A stretch of DNA of 64,000 nucleotides, taken from Macrostomum lignano. Lineage: Eukaryota. The DNA lies in assembly GCA_002269645.1 (NCBI GenBank), contig NIVC01000133.1:51030-115029 (forward strand), read 5' to 3'. The notes beneath the pieces are model-generated. The model was not told the origin of the DNA and searched no databases. It worked only from the letters and a program-made list of their open reading frames with translations. The position numbers and the translations under genes are program-made. Below are positions 38,593 to 51,984 of this stretch, one piece after another (the stretch's first letter is position 1; each line of letters opens with the position of its first letter).

Positions 38593-40435
38593 GTGCTTCC
38601 ATAGAGATCTGCCCGCCCCAAGTAGTCTTACAGGAACTGATCCCGGCAGCCAAAATGCTAGTGAGCTCTCTCTCAGCTCTCAATTATTGCCACCGGGGGT
38701 GTAAAGGAAATCGGGTTGCAACCCTGAGTCACGCAATTCCCACCAGCCTAAGGTGGGTCAAAGAGGCTCAGTTTATTAAGTCACAGCTCACCTGTAATGT
38801 TAATTGTCCACAGACCATCGCCAGAGTAGGTCAGAGTGCCAGCGGAACTTGCCAATCTAGGCGATGGAGCGTCTCTGCAGAAGTAGTGCCTCAGCAGCGA
38901 CTGTCCCTCTGTAGGTGTTGTAAAATTGAGTACGCCTTATAGCTTAGCTTGCAATGAAAATTCAAAGCGCCTAGAGATTAGGGACTGATAAACTGTCTGC
39001 TGCGACTGCGCCTGGATAGGACAGCGGATTGATATAGATGGAGCAGTATTGGAGAGGCTGGGCTGGGCAGACCAATGAGCTTGCAGCTAGAGGTGTCAGC
39101 CAGTTGAGACTGACGGCTCTGTCTTTCCCATACAGTCTCCAGGTTTTCTGGGGTCCCGTTGATTAGCATTCCGGGTATTTGCACCTGCCATCACCAAGTT
39201 GAAACTTTCCAGAAGCATTGAGCTGATTCGAGAACCGAAGAGAGAGCCAATCTGAGTGCTTTCGAGTGGCGAAAATATACCAGCAATGTTTGACAAAAGA
39301 GAAGCCAAATACGCTCGTAAAGATGATCGCAAAAGAAAAAAAGTGAATTACAGAATGAAGGGAAAAAGCTTTCTCTTCTGAGCAAAAAAGCAAAATGCCT
39401 ACATGCAGGACCCGCTAGCAGACTGCGCAGAGCCGGCTGACTTACTCGCTAATGAGAGTCGACAGCGGGGGGTCTAAAGAACGACCGGAGAGCCGTGTAG
39501 TGAGAAACTGATGGAGAGAGGCGGAGGCTGCGGCGGTGCAGGCAATGCTTGAAGGAAAACAGACAGATGACTGCCAGACCTGAGGCTGACGCGGGGCGCA
39601 ATTTCGCATTCAGAAATGAGGAGAAAAGCTGACAGGGAAAGTGGAGTCCGTGATTTTGAGCCGAAAGCCGGGCGACTCCCCGCTGCGCCTTGCCTGACCG
39701 ACCTCTCTGCAGCTTTTAAATTGGCCTCGCGAGGCCTCTCACGACTCGCGCGCACCTTCTGATTACTTGGGCTAATCCGCCCCGCAGGTTTGTTTCCATC
39801 GACAGGGGGGGGGGGAGAAACGGCTAAACTTGTCGTCAGGCAAACTTCAGGACGAAGCCGCGCGGTGCGAGCTGCTCCCTCGAGGCTGGCTGGGGGCGCC
39901 CCGTCCAGCTTCTGAATGATGAAGCGCCGGGGAAGGCGGAGCCGCTCCGTAGAGGAGGGAGAGAGGCTGAGAACGGCTTTAGGCGCGCGGCTTCCTTAAT
40001 GACTTGTGGCGGCTTTGTACGGACAGACACAGGGGGGGGGGGGCGGAGAGACGGCCGGTCGCCGGTTCACCGCCTGCAAATGATTGACCCACTTGACATA
40101 TTTTGGATTCAAAGAATCAAGCGGGCTGCGCGCTAGTGGTGAGAGACTGAGTGGCTGCCGGGATTGAGTCCAGTCCGCAAGAGTTGCAGACTGACTGGCT
40201 TGTGGCGGGCGCCGCTTCCGCCTCCATCGCTCTGTTTCCCCTCTCCCAGCCTGCTATTGAACTGCTCTATCGATCGAACATCAATGCATTGGCGTCACTT
40301 TATGTTAAAGCAATTTGCCAAATTGGAGTTCTATTGCGCGCTGTAAGGAAACTCATCGATTAGTATAAGGATGACGCAACGCTAAATTTAGAAGCTTAAA
40401 CAGCTTAAACAGATTTTATGAAACTCTTACAGAGA

Positions 40436-40905
40436 AGGATCAGAGAAGGATCAGGGAAGGATCAGGGAAGGATCAGGGAAGGATCAGGGAAGGATCAGGG
40501 AAGGATCAGGGAAGGATCAGGGAAGGATCAGGGAAGGATCAGGGAAGGATCAGGGAAGGATCAGGGAAGGATCAGGGAAGGATCAGGGAAGGATCAGGGA
40601 AGGATCAGGGAAGGATCAGGGAAGGATCAGGGAAGGATCAGGGAAGGATCAGGGAAGGATCAGGGAAGGATCAGGGAAGGATCAGGGAAGGATCAGGGAA
40701 GGATCAGGGAAGGATCAGGGAAGGATCAGGGAAGGATCAGGGAAGGATCAGGGAAGGATCAGGGAAGGATCAGGGAAGGATCAGGGAAGGATCAGGGAAG
40801 GATCAGAGAAGGATTAGGGAAGGATTAGGGAAGGATCAGGGTAGGATCAGGGAAGGATCAGGGAAGGATCAGGGAAGGATCAGGGACGGATCAGGGAATG
40901 TTCAG
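40436..40905. repeat. 11-bp tandem repeat (GGATCAGGGAA), ~40 copies
   Basis: Direct. Confidence 0.97.
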
Positions 40906-41480
40906 AGAGAGAGAGAAAGAGAGAGAGATCAGAAAATGATCAGAAAGAGATAGCAAAGTAAGGACAGCTGAGAACAATTGATGTAGAGGAGGAATTGTGT
41001 TCAGTTGTCGCGAGGATCTCAATAAATGTTTGTTTTATTGTTCAACAAACCAGTTAGCGAAAGACGATTTTCGCAATTTCTCTATTTAATTTTTCTATAT
41101 TTTATATAGAAATTTCTCTGAGGAATGAATGCAGTGTCGATAGGAGAACTGAGGCCCCAATATTGCTGAGTACAATATGAATGCAGACAATGCAGTTCCA
41201 GGCACGCGAATAATTAAATGATTCGCTGCCCACACAGAAATTTTTCTGCGCCATTGTCAGCGCAGAATTCTGAGATTAATTAGCAGTTATGAATGGAGAA
41301 GGATCACCGGAGTAGATTTTCAGGTCATGCCAAAAAATAGCTTCGTCAACTTCAAGAAGTTCGTTCCAGTTTCTCAAGCTCATAACAAAGTTTAAGTATT
41401 GTAGAATCTGTGTAAAAATTAAAAATTTGCTTCAAAATTTTTACTAAGAACTTTTCATGCTCCGATAGAGAAATTCACTG

Positions 41481-44003
41481 TCTATGACCAGCTAGTGTTT
41501 ATGGCCTGTTAGTGTCTATGACCAGCTAGTGTTTATAGCCTGTTAGTGTCTATGGCCAGCTAGTGTTTATGGCCTGTTAGTGTCTATGACCAGCTAGTGT
41601 TTATGGCCTGTTAGTGTCTATGGCCAGCTAGTGTTTACGGTATGGAAGTGTCTATGGCCAGCTAGTGTTTATGGTCTGCAAGTGTCTATGGCCAGCTAGT
41701 GTTTTTGGTATGGAAGTGTCTATGGCCAGCTAGTGTTTATGGCCTGTTAGTGTTTATGGCCAGCTAGTGTTTATGGTCTGTTTAGTGTCTATGGCCAGCT
41801 AGTGTTTATGGCCTGTTAGTGTCTATGGCCAGCTAGTGTTTATGGTCTGCAAGTGTCTATGGCCAGCTAGGTGTTTATGGTCTGCAAGTGTCTATGGCCA
41901 GCTAGTGTTTTTGGTATGGAAGTGTCTATGGCCAGCCAGGGACAACTAAAACCCTCGGGACGCGAAACGAGCCAATTCATGGCAAAAAATCTGAGGGGCT
42001 CGCTTAAAAGTATTGTTCTATGGCTTTTTCAAGTCTTCTCTGCTATCAGGCATTAACGGTTAGATTAAATAGTAAAGCGAGGAAATGTCGAGTATTTAAT
42101 TTAAAGAATAGGAACCAGTGATATAATTACAATGTATTTACAATAAAGTAACCGCCATATCAACAAAAAAACTCCAACGGCAAGAAGAGGATAAAGGATG
42201 AAAGCGAAGATGAAACTCCAACGGCAAGAAGATAAAGGATGAAAGCGAAGATGAAACTCCAACGGCAAGGAGATAGAAGCAAATACGGAACTCCAAGGAC
42301 AAGACGACACAAACAGTCAGTAGCTCGTACATAAAGGAACCTGGTCCGGATCGTCGACGGCTCGACCCAGAAGGTGACGGCATCGATATCGAACGGACGG
42401 TTGTATGTACATTTCGTCAAACATAATTACGCAGTTTCGCTGAGCTCCTGATAGACTAGCAAAAACTGACTGGATCACATCGGCTGCGTCGGTTTCTGTG
42501 CCAACTTCTCCTGTACCTGCTAGTTGCAGCTGCAGCGTTCGGGGATGAGGCAATGGCAATAGCTTCCGTAGGTAAGAGTAAGCCGAACTACTGATCAAGT
42601 AGAGCAATGCTGACTGTCGCACTAGTGAAATGTCATAGCGGCGATTGTTCCGATTTACTAATGTAAGGCTAAGTTGTCGAATCAAAAACTGAAGCGACGG
42701 ATCCAAATCAGAGTCAGAATCTATATCATCACTGATTCTACTAACAAACGCTTCGACTTCACGTTGGGGATTGGCGTCGGAATTTTTGCACCGCACGACA
42801 ACAGCATCCAGTTGCGACCAGCGCTTGAGTGTCGGTTGAAATCCCAACAAGTCTCGAACCGAAATCGGTGTATGCAGTTTGAACAGACAGGTCTCCATCT
42901 TTATCTAACGTAAACAAGTAAACGTCTTCGTTCAGAATAGCTGTGTTCAGTGCATGTCGAGATACGACATCCGAATTTTTCACCTCAGCTCGAAAACTTT
43001 CCCATGCCGGCAAAAAATCAAGCAGCTGAAAAGCGTCCATCTCATCGATGTCGCCGCACCTCGCGTCAGAAAGAACACCGCGCTTTTCGGCCTGTCGGTC
43101 CTGGTCTAAAATAAGAGTAAAAATAAAAGTAAGATAATTGTAAGCGGCAAAATCGATATAGACGCTAAGTGTTGAGCAATCTTTAAGTTACGTACCTTGG
43201 TTCTGAACAAAACACGAGCTAGGAACTCCATTAAAAACAGAAGGAGGATTAATTGGCCTTTCGGTAGAGTTTTTCTTGACCATTGGAGCATCGCTTGGCC
43301 AATGCTTTACGCACACGCCCATATTGTCAGTCACTCTCTAAAATAATAAATTTTGGGTTTCAAGTTGTTTGGACGAGACTGGCATGCAGAATTGAAGCGG
43401 AATTATGCAGCAGTAATGACAGCAAATGATCTGGTTTCTTACCTGGAGAATATTTGGCAGCGCCTTTCTCCATCGCTCTCGCTCCTGTGAATCTCTGGGA
43501 AACGCAAATGTCCGTGTTCGAACGGCTTCAGAGTTGTAATTTGACGAGCACGGAAATACGCTGCACTTTCTTGGCATTTCATCAAGTGAATAAAAAATGC
43601 TTCTCTTGATTTAGTTCAGCTTAGCTTCACTGCTGGCCGCAACTAAAGCAATTTTAATTTGCTTGATAGCAGAGAAGACTTGAAAAAGCCATAGAACAAT
43701 ACTTTTAAGCGAGCCCCTCAGATTTTTTGCCATGAATTGGCTCGTTTCGCGTCCCGAGGGTTTTAGTTGTCCCTGTGGCCAGCTAGTGTTTATGGTCTGT
43801 TAGTGTTTATGGCCAGCTAGTGTTTATGGTCTGTTAGTGTCTATGGCCAGCTAGTGCTTATGGCCTGTTAGTGTCTATGGCCAGCTAGTGTTTATGGCCT
43901 GTTAGTGTCTATGGCCAGCTAGTGTTTATGGTATGGAAGTGTCTATGGCCAGCCAGTGTTTATGGTATGGAAGTGTCTATGGCCAGCTAGTGTTTATGGT
44001 CTG
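41481..44003. repeat. ~34-bp minisatellite (TGGCCAGCTAGTGTTTATGGCCTGTTAGTGTCTA) split by a P-family element
   Basis: Units at 41481-41936 and 43776-44003. Confidence 0.9.
41937..43775 (-). mobile_element. Internally deleted P-superfamily (THAP-type) DNA transposon, 1839 bp
   Basis: Perfect 112-bp TIRs (41937-42048, 43664-43775); TSD TGGCCAGC; THAP MPRKCSVFPC...FAFP...RWRKA...VCVKHW...PPSVF; transposase AYSYLRKLLPLP...CVIMFDEMYI, truncated after GRAVDDPD. Confidence 0.95.
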
Positions 44004-45044
44004 CTACACACAGAAGTCAGTGTAAAATGGCTTCTACGTCAAATAAACACTTTTTTTGCAGAACTGCGGTTGGTTATCTGTCTCGGGTCTAGTCGCAAGT
44101 ACAGATTTCTAAAGCTAGGTTTAATTAGTTAGAACAGCTCTAGAGTCGAATTGATACTCGAAATGCGGTCGCATTTCTTTAAGCACTTTCCAGGCTTAAG
44201 CCCGTGCTCAGACAAGGATCTGAGTAGTCAGCAGTAGCCAAGAAAGGCTTACTGGAGGCCAGACGAGCTCACCGAAGCGCAACTGACAGACCAGCCGACA
44301 GTCAATCGACGTCTCCCATCCGTCCAGGGCCTTTGCTTGTTTGAAAATTAAAGCTGGGGATAGTTGTGAGTAAGAGACTAGGGGGGGGGGGGAATATGCT
44401 GCAACTGCGACTTTGCTCTTCCTTCCTTCCCCCAACCCACGCCAGGCTCCCTGGCTCTCACTTTCGCTTCTGCTCCAACAGTTCTCCGCCCCGACAGGGC
44501 TGGCCGGCTTGAAATGGAGAAAATAAGAAAATTAGAAATGGGATTTCTCTAATTTCATCGCACCTAGTTTGCATAATTAGATTGGGCTAAACTGCGCGAC
44601 CCCCCTGCCCCCCCCCTCTACTAGCCTCCTGGATCCCGGTTCAGCCTGGGAATAGAGACAGACAGGGAAATCCCCCCTCAATCCTCTCCGCTGCAGTACT
44701 TTGTAGAATTTCTGTCCAGTTGATGCCGGCCAGAGTCTTCGTGTCTCCATCTGGCTCCTGTGGACCCCCTCCACTTGGCTTGGCCGCCAGGATAATTGCT
44801 GGAGCAGGGTCGGAGGCTACTCAAGTCCTCGATTCCTTGATTCTTTTGGGGGGGGGGCGATTTAAGGAAAAGTAAATCGCTCCCTTGTACTGTAGCACTA
44901 GGGGATCGAGTTCGAATGCACTTCATGTCAATGAGCTCTGCCTGGATTTCCAGTCAACATCATTTTTAGTCAGTACACAATAGTACTCCAGGGCGCAGTG
45001 AGGTGGCTTCAAAGTATCATGAACCTCTGGATGACCCCTCCCCC

Positions 45045-45690
45045 AAGATCCCTCGATGACCTCCATTGATCCCAGATGACCCCACGATCATAGATGACCC
45101 CCATAATCCCAGATGACCCCCATGATCCCAGATGACTCCATTGATCCCAGATCATAGATGACCCCACGATCATAGATGACCCCCATGATCCCAGATGACC
45201 CCACGATCATAGATGACACCCATGATCCCAGATGATTCCATTGATCCCAGATGACCCCACGATCATAGATGACACCCATGATCCCAGATGACTCCATTGA
45301 TCCCAGATGACCTCACGATCATAGATGACCCCCATGATCCCAGATGACTCCATTGATCCCAGATGACCCCACGATCATAGATGACCCCCATGATCCCAGA
45401 TGACTCCATTGATCCCTGATGACCCCCATGATCCCATACCATGATCCCATGATCCCAGATGAACCCATGATCCCATAGGACCCCACGATCCCTGATGACC
45501 CCATGATCCCAGATAAACCAATGATCCCAGATGACCCCACGATCGTAGATGACCTCATGATCCCAGATGACCCCATTGATCCCAGATGACACCCATGGTC
45601 CCAGATGACCCTCATGATCCCAGATGACCCGCATTGATCCCAGATGACCCCCATGATCTCAAGTGACTGCTCACGATCCCAGATGACCTC
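45045..45690. repeat. GATCCCAGATGACCCC-type 18-19-bp degenerate minisatellite
   Basis: Direct. Confidence 0.9.
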
Positions 45691-45755
45691 TTCCTCCTAA
45701 CTGAAGATGACCTCGCAACCTAGCTGATCTCAAGTCACTCAATGAAGTCCCTTAC

Positions 45756-46036
45756 CGGGTATTTGAATCTCAATGGCCAGGTAGCCGGACTGCAGGGTGT
45801 AATAAAACACTCCGTCCTTGGCTACCGGCATCTCCTGGTCAATGAGCTGACCCTTGTCGGCGTAGATCTTGTCCGCCGGTGTCAGCAGGGAGCTGTTCAT
45901 GTGGCAGTGGTGGCTGAGCCAGTTAGCCGAGGACACGTCGAACGGCCGGCGCACCTGGACAACCGCTGTGTAATAGGGCGAGCCCGACAGCGGCGTCTCA
46001 ACTCGGATTGTGCCGTTCATGGGCTCCGTGTCCGAC
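45756..46036 (-). CDS. Large 5-TM membrane protein, exon 7 (ectodomain)
   Basis: GCGCAG acceptor, phase 2 (less certain); GTAAGG donor, phase 1; SDTEPMNGTIRVETPLSGSPYYTAVVQV...LAIEIQIP. Confidence 0.78.
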
Positions 46037-46084
46037 CTGCGCATGTGACAGACGGCTGCGTGCTAAAATGACTTGAAAACCGTG

Positions 46085-46525
46085 GATAACCTTTTGACCC
46101 TGAATAACCTTTTGACCCTGAATAACCTTTTAATAACCCTGGATACCATTTGACCCTGGATGACCTTTAGACCTTGTTTACTTTTTTGACCCTGGATGAC
46201 CTTTAGACCCTGGATAACCTTTTTGACCCTGGATGACCTTTAGACCCTGGATAACCTTTTTGACCCTGGATGACCTTTTGACCCTGGATAACCTTTTAAC
46301 CATGGATAACCTTTTGACCCTGGAAGAAATTTTGGTCCCGGATAATCTTTTGACCCTGGATGACCTTTTGACTCAGGATAACCTTTAAAAACTGGATAAC
46401 CATTTAACCCTGAATAACCTTTTAACCCTTGATAACCATTTGACCCTGGATGACCTTTAGACTCTGGATGACCTTTAAAACAGGATAACCACTTGACACT
46501 GGATAACCTTTTGACCCTGGATAAT
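46085..46525. repeat. 18-19-bp minisatellite (TGACCCTGGATAACCTTT)
   Basis: Direct. Confidence 0.9.
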
Positions 46526-46744
46526 CTTCCGACCTTGGCTAAGCTGATCATTAATAACGTATTGATTTTGAATCATCTTCTGACCTAGGACAAAATTCTG
46601 AATAATTTTTGACTTTACATTAAATTTTTGTTCATTAGTTTCTATTCTAGAAGACCTTCTCTATGATTCTAGATATTGTTTGTCTAGTGACGGCTTCAAA
46701 TCTTTCAAGATGAACCCCCCCCCCCGATTCTCCTCAGTCCTCAC

Positions 46745-47093
46745 CTGAGCTGGTGCACAGTAAGATTTGCCATGGTCCGCTGCCGCTGCTGCCACAGGCT
46801 GCCGTGCACAATGTAGTCCTGCGGCAGGTCGATCTCAGCGTCGTGCGTCACCCTCAGCGGCCCGAAGTCTACGCTGCCCCGCCGGTGGAAGCTGGCGTTC
46901 GCCGATGGCACCCGCTGCCACAGGGTGTCGCCGCGCCACTCCGCCGCGTCCCCGTCGCCGGCCAGGCTGACGTTGTAGCCAATGCTGTACAGCTGGTCCG
47001 GGGGCTCGTAGGTCACGTGACACAGGAAATAGGTCCTGTTGGCGTGCGAGAAGCCGTCAAATGTTGGCGTGAGAACGAACCGGTCCACGTCGC
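46745..47093 (-). CDS. Large 5-TM membrane protein, exon 6 (ectodomain)
   Basis: CCTGCAG / GTGAGG, phase 1/2; DVDRFVLTPTFDGFSHANRTYFLCHVTY...; sequons NRT, NVS, NAS, NLT. Confidence 0.85.
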
Positions 47094-47779
47094 CTGCAGG
47101 TTTGTGAGGTAAGCAAACTCTCAGTTCGGCTCGTAAAAAAGTTTCACTTCAATTGCAATCGCAGAAGCAGATTAGATCAAAGCAATGTACGAATCTAAAT
47201 TGGTCTGAAATTAAATTCCATCTCTGTTCGCCTCTTCCGAACTCAGCGGCCTGTAAGAGCAGCCCTACTCTTGCAAACAGATTTGATTAGACGCTAATCC
47301 CTCCTCCTGACGACAACTCCTAAGCTGTTAATCGCGGGTTTGTGGGCCGTGGGGGGGGGGGCGGGGCTGTCTTGCTGATTGCCAGCTTAAGCCTTAATCT
47401 CATCAGCCATATGCTCAAATTGAATTATTGTCTGCAAAACGACTTCGCATATGTTTATAGCCTGCTAGGGAGATACCAATTCGGTTAAATTGATTCAGCG
47501 CAAATAAATTTCCTCGTAATGCAAAATTTGTCTGAAAAAATTCCCAATTAGGGATTTTTACGAGAAAAATATGAACTCATTGTCCAACTGGCGCAATGGA
47601 TAAGTGGATTGTATTTTATTGCCTAAAAAACGGGAGTTATTCAAGGTCAGTTCGTTGTTTAAATATTTTATCATTTTATCAGAGTTTTTACTCCGGATTA
47701 TAATGCATAAACTTCCATGCTTGCTGTCGTAGTTTCCTCTCCAGATTCTAATATCTGATAATAATTCCATGGGTTGAAC

Positions 47780-48085
47780 TTGTTTCTCTCTCTAGACTCT
47801 AATAAGTTGAGAACTCCATGAATTAGACTCGTAGTTTCCCTCTCTAGATTCTGAGTTAAGAGCTCCATGACTTGCACTAGTGGTTTCTAGACTAATAAAT
47901 TAAGAACTCCATGCCTTGGGCTCGTAGTTTCCCTCTCTAGACTCTAATAAGTTAAGAACTCCATGACTTGGACTAGTAGTTTCCCTCTTTAGACTTTAAT
48001 AAAGTAAGGACTTCATGACTTGGACTGTCATGTGGGGTAGTTTACCTCTCTAGACACTAAGTTAAGAACTCCATGACTTGGTTTA
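47780..48085. repeat. Degenerate ~50-bp tandem repeat (GAACTCCATGACTTGG...TCTCTAGACTCTAATAAG)
   Basis: About 6 diverged units. Confidence 0.7.
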
Positions 48086-48784
48086 ATCAGAAGCTTTCTG
48101 TACATAGTAAAGATTTAGGGATAGAGCTCCATGGATCCAGTCGGCAGTTTCCTTTCCAGATATCTATAATCTACGAGCGTAGAACTCCATGTTCTGGCAC
48201 CAGTCCGCACAAGGGTCACCCAACGCCCGCTTTTTCAGCCAGTGGAGGGCGTATTAAGAAAGACGGTGGTTCCTTACAGAGATGGCTTTAATCCCTTCGA
48301 TTATTTTGTCTCTCAACACCTCGCCGAGCCTTAGTCCTAGAAGATTAGAGACAGAACAAAATCGTGGGATTTGATTTCCCTAAGCGCAAAAATGAAAAAA
48401 AGGCATAGATCTGAATCACTGCTTCAATGAATTTTTACTGATTCACTGATGAGAAGAGATTATTACAAGCAAGGGAATATTTTCGAAGAATTTTCCTCAC
48501 TACTCTTCTGCTAAAAAATGATCAAAAGGGCTCTGCCTAATGAATAATTGCGTCTAATATTGACAGAGATGTCGGAGCCTGGCACAGGGGATGGAGGCGG
48601 AATCGTGCATTGGTTCCCCATGGATTCCCCGGTTATTAGAGCGGGTTTTGCTAAACGTACGAACTAACACACCAGTTTCACTACTTACTAAGTAGTCTAA
48701 ACATGCATTAAATGCTTGGCTAAGTTAAGCGACGCAAGTTTTAGTTAATGTACAATTTTTGTAGCAATCTGAGTTGGCAACAAA

Positions 48785-49104
48785 GAAAAGGAATAATAAT
48801 TGATTACACCTGCCCTATGGGGCAGATGTGCAACCGACAGCTCAGCCGCAGCTATTGCGCGGCGCATCTGAAGGCTGCGTACGGCTGTTCAGTCCAAGGA
48901 CTGGGGGGTCGCCACACGCACCCTCAATTACCCCAGCTAATGCTGGCACCCATTTTACAGCTGGGTGAACTGAAGCAATGCAGAGTTAAGTGTCTTGCTC
49001 AAGGACACAAATTGTTCCAGTGGAATCAGGAATCGAACCCCCGACCTTCAAGTCGTGAGTCCGACGCTCTAACCACTAGGCTACAACCCTAGGCTATGCT
49101 ACAA
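48785..49104 (-). mobile_element. tRNA-derived CORE-type SINE, copy 1
   Basis: On the - strand: A box TAGCCTAGTGG, B box GGTTCGATTCC, CORE-like GTGTCCTTGAGCAAG...CTTAAC...CTGTAAAATGGG, AT-rich tail. Confidence 0.88.
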
Positions 49105-49260
49105 TCCTCATGAGTATGTACGCTCTCCATGCCTTGTGACTGGCCTCACTTCTAGTCTTGTGTATCTCTAGTGATTTTTTATCAGCTACTTATAGTAACT
49201 AAGTAGTGAAGGCAGTGAACTGAATTGAAAATCAAACGCATCAGAAGAGGCCTCGCTCAC

Positions 49261-49365
49261 CCCTGGCGCAGACTGGCTCCACTTTCATGCAAGTCTCTCT
49301 GTAGAAGCTGCTGCAGGCCAGGGAGCTGAAGCACTCCAGCTTGCAGCAGGAGACGCCCAGGCCGG
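49261..49365 (-). CDS. Large 5-TM membrane protein, exon 5 (Cys-rich)
   Basis: CTCCACAG / GTGAGC, phase 1/1; PGLGVSCCKLECFSSLACSSFYRETCMKVEPVCAR. Confidence 0.82.
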
Positions 49366-49454
49366 CTGTGGAGCAGAAAATTATTAATTCCTATTGTAAT
49401 TTTTCTATTTTAGTCGTATTTTTTTAACTACACTTTGCAACTTTTCTCTTTACA

Positions 49455-51110
49455 GATCCATCAGTGATCCAGCACACTTCCCCCTCAGATCCTCAGTGAT
49501 CCAGCACACTTCCCCCTCAGATCCCTCAGTGATGCAGCACACTTCCCCCTCAGATCCCTCAGTGATGCAGCACACTTCCCTCTCAGATCCCTCAGTGATC
49601 CAGCACACTTCCCTCTCAGATCCCTCAGTAATCCAGCACACTTCCCTCTCAGATCCCTCAGTAATCCAGCACACTTCCCTCTCAGATCCCTCAGTAATCC
49701 AGCACACTTCCCTCTCAGATCCCTCAGTGATCCAGCACACTTCCCTCTCAGATCCCTCAGTGATCCAGCACGCTTCCCTCTCAGATCCTCAGTGATCCAG
49801 CACACTTCCCTCTCAGATCCCTCAGTGATCCAGCACACTTCCCTCTAAGATCCCTCAGTGATCCAGCACACTTCCCTCTCAGATCCTCAGTGATCCAGCA
49901 CACTTCCCTCCCAGATCACTCAGTGATCCAGCACCCCTCCCAGATCACTCAGTGATCCAGCACCCCTCCCAGATCACTCAGTGATCCAGCACCCTTCACA
50001 GATCTCTCAGTGATCCAGCACACTTCCCTCTCAGATCCTCAGTGATCCAGCACACTTCCCTCCCAGATCACTCAGTGATCCAGCACCCCTCCCAGATCAC
50101 TCAGTGATCCAGCACACTTCCCTCTCAGATGCCTCAGGGATCCAGCACCCTTCCCTCCCAGATCACTCAGTGATCCAGCACCCCTCCCAGATCACTCAGT
50201 GATCCAGCACCCCTCCCAGATCACTCAGTGATCCAGCACCCCTCCCAGATCACTCAGTGATCCAGCACCCTTCACAGATCCATCAGTGATCCAGCACCCT
50301 TCACAGATCCATCAGTGATCCAGCACACTTCACAGATCTCTCAGTGATCCAGCACCCTTCACAGATCCCTCAGTGATCCAGCACACTTCACAGATCTCTC
50401 AGTGATCCAGCACCCTTCACAGATCCATCAGTGATCCAGCACCCTTCACAGATCCATCAGTGATCCAGAACCCTTCACAGATCCCTCAGTGATCCAGAAC
50501 CCTTCACAGATCTTTCAGTGATCCAGCACCCTTCACAGATCCATCAGTGATCCAGCACACTTCACGGATCCCTCAGTGATCCAGCACCCTTCACAGATCC
50601 CTCGGTGATCCAGCACCCTTCACAGATCCCTCGGTGATCCAGCACCCTTCACAGATCCCTCGGTGATCCAGCACCCTTCACAGATCCCTCGGTGATCCAG
50701 CACCCTTCACAGATCCCTCGGTGATCCAGCACCCTTCACAGATCCCTCAGCGATCCAGCACACTTCACAGATCCCTCAGCGATCCAGCACACTTCACAGA
50801 TCCCTCAGCGATCCAGCACACTTCACAGATCCCTCAGCGATCCAGCACACTTCACAGATCCCTCAGTGATCCAGCACACTTCACAGATCCCTCAGCGATC
50901 CAACACACTTCACAGATCCCTCAGCGATCCAGCACACTTCACAGATCCCTCAGTGATCCAGCACACTTCACAGATCCCTCAGCGATCCAGCACACTTCAC
51001 AGATCCCTCAGCGATCCAGCACACTTCACAGATCCCTCAGCGATCCAGCACACTTCACAGATCCCTCAGCGATCCAGCACACTTCACAGATCCCTCAGCG
51101 ACCAGCACTC
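49455..51110. repeat. Minisatellite grading from 33-bp to 29-bp units (CAGATCCCTCAGTGATCCAGCACACTT...)
   Basis: Direct; period 33 near 49621, 29 near 50941. Confidence 0.95.
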
Positions 51111-51177
51111 AGCCACCTGAAAGCCACCAGATCAACACAACTGTCAGGCAGTCAGCCAACACCAGCTGGTCCCTCAC

Positions 51178-51370
51178 GCTGCTGGCACTTGTCCTCCTTC
51201 TGGTTCTGGCAGGCGAGGCACTTGGCTGCCGCGTGCGCGCAGTCATCAGCGAAGATCGGCGGCGTGAGCTCCTCAAAGTTGGTCATGTTGAAGACCCTGG
51301 CTAGCAGTTCCGTGGTTTGTCCGCAGTAAAATTTGTTGAGATTTGGCTCCATGTAAAAACCGATTTGATC
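51178..51370 (-). CDS. Large 5-TM membrane protein, exon 4
   Basis: TTTCTATCAG / GTGAGG, phase 0/1; DQIGFYMEPNLNKFYCG...DDCAHAAAKCLACQNQKEDKCQQ. Confidence 0.83.
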
Positions 51371-51984
51371 CTGATAGAAAAATAACAAGCCAATTAAGTT
51401 TCAATGTCCGTGCAGTCCTACTATAAGTAAGTAGGAACAAACCATGCCAATAATATCTGTTAAAAATGACACAAAATGCTGTACTCTCAGACATTTAGAT
51501 TACAAATTGTATAGCATTTTTTGGGATAGCAAACCGTGAACCGTGGGAGCGAATAAAAATCCATATAGCTATATATAAACTTTAAAGATTGGAATTTTTA
51601 AACCCCTAACCAGTTGAAAATGTCTTTTCACTTTGATACCAAAGTTTTCCGCACCAACAACACATAGGAAAATTCAATAAATCACCAGTATGAATACAAT
51701 TACCAGCAAAAAAATAATGCATTGAGAAGCCCCGGTCTCCGATAATGCTAGACAGATTTTTTGTAGCAAATAAAAATAATTGATTGCATTTGTTTTACCT
51801 CGGAGCCAACCCGGTATGGATTGTACTCGCCGAACTCACTGAACCTGATGAACTCGTAGTTCTGGGGTGTCCCGAGCGATTTTGTTCAGCGATTTTATGG
51901 CATTCTTAGCAAGAAGTCAATTGTGTTCGTCATTTGCAAATCATTTGTTTATTTTCGAACTTCAGTGTGCCTTTAGGACACTTA

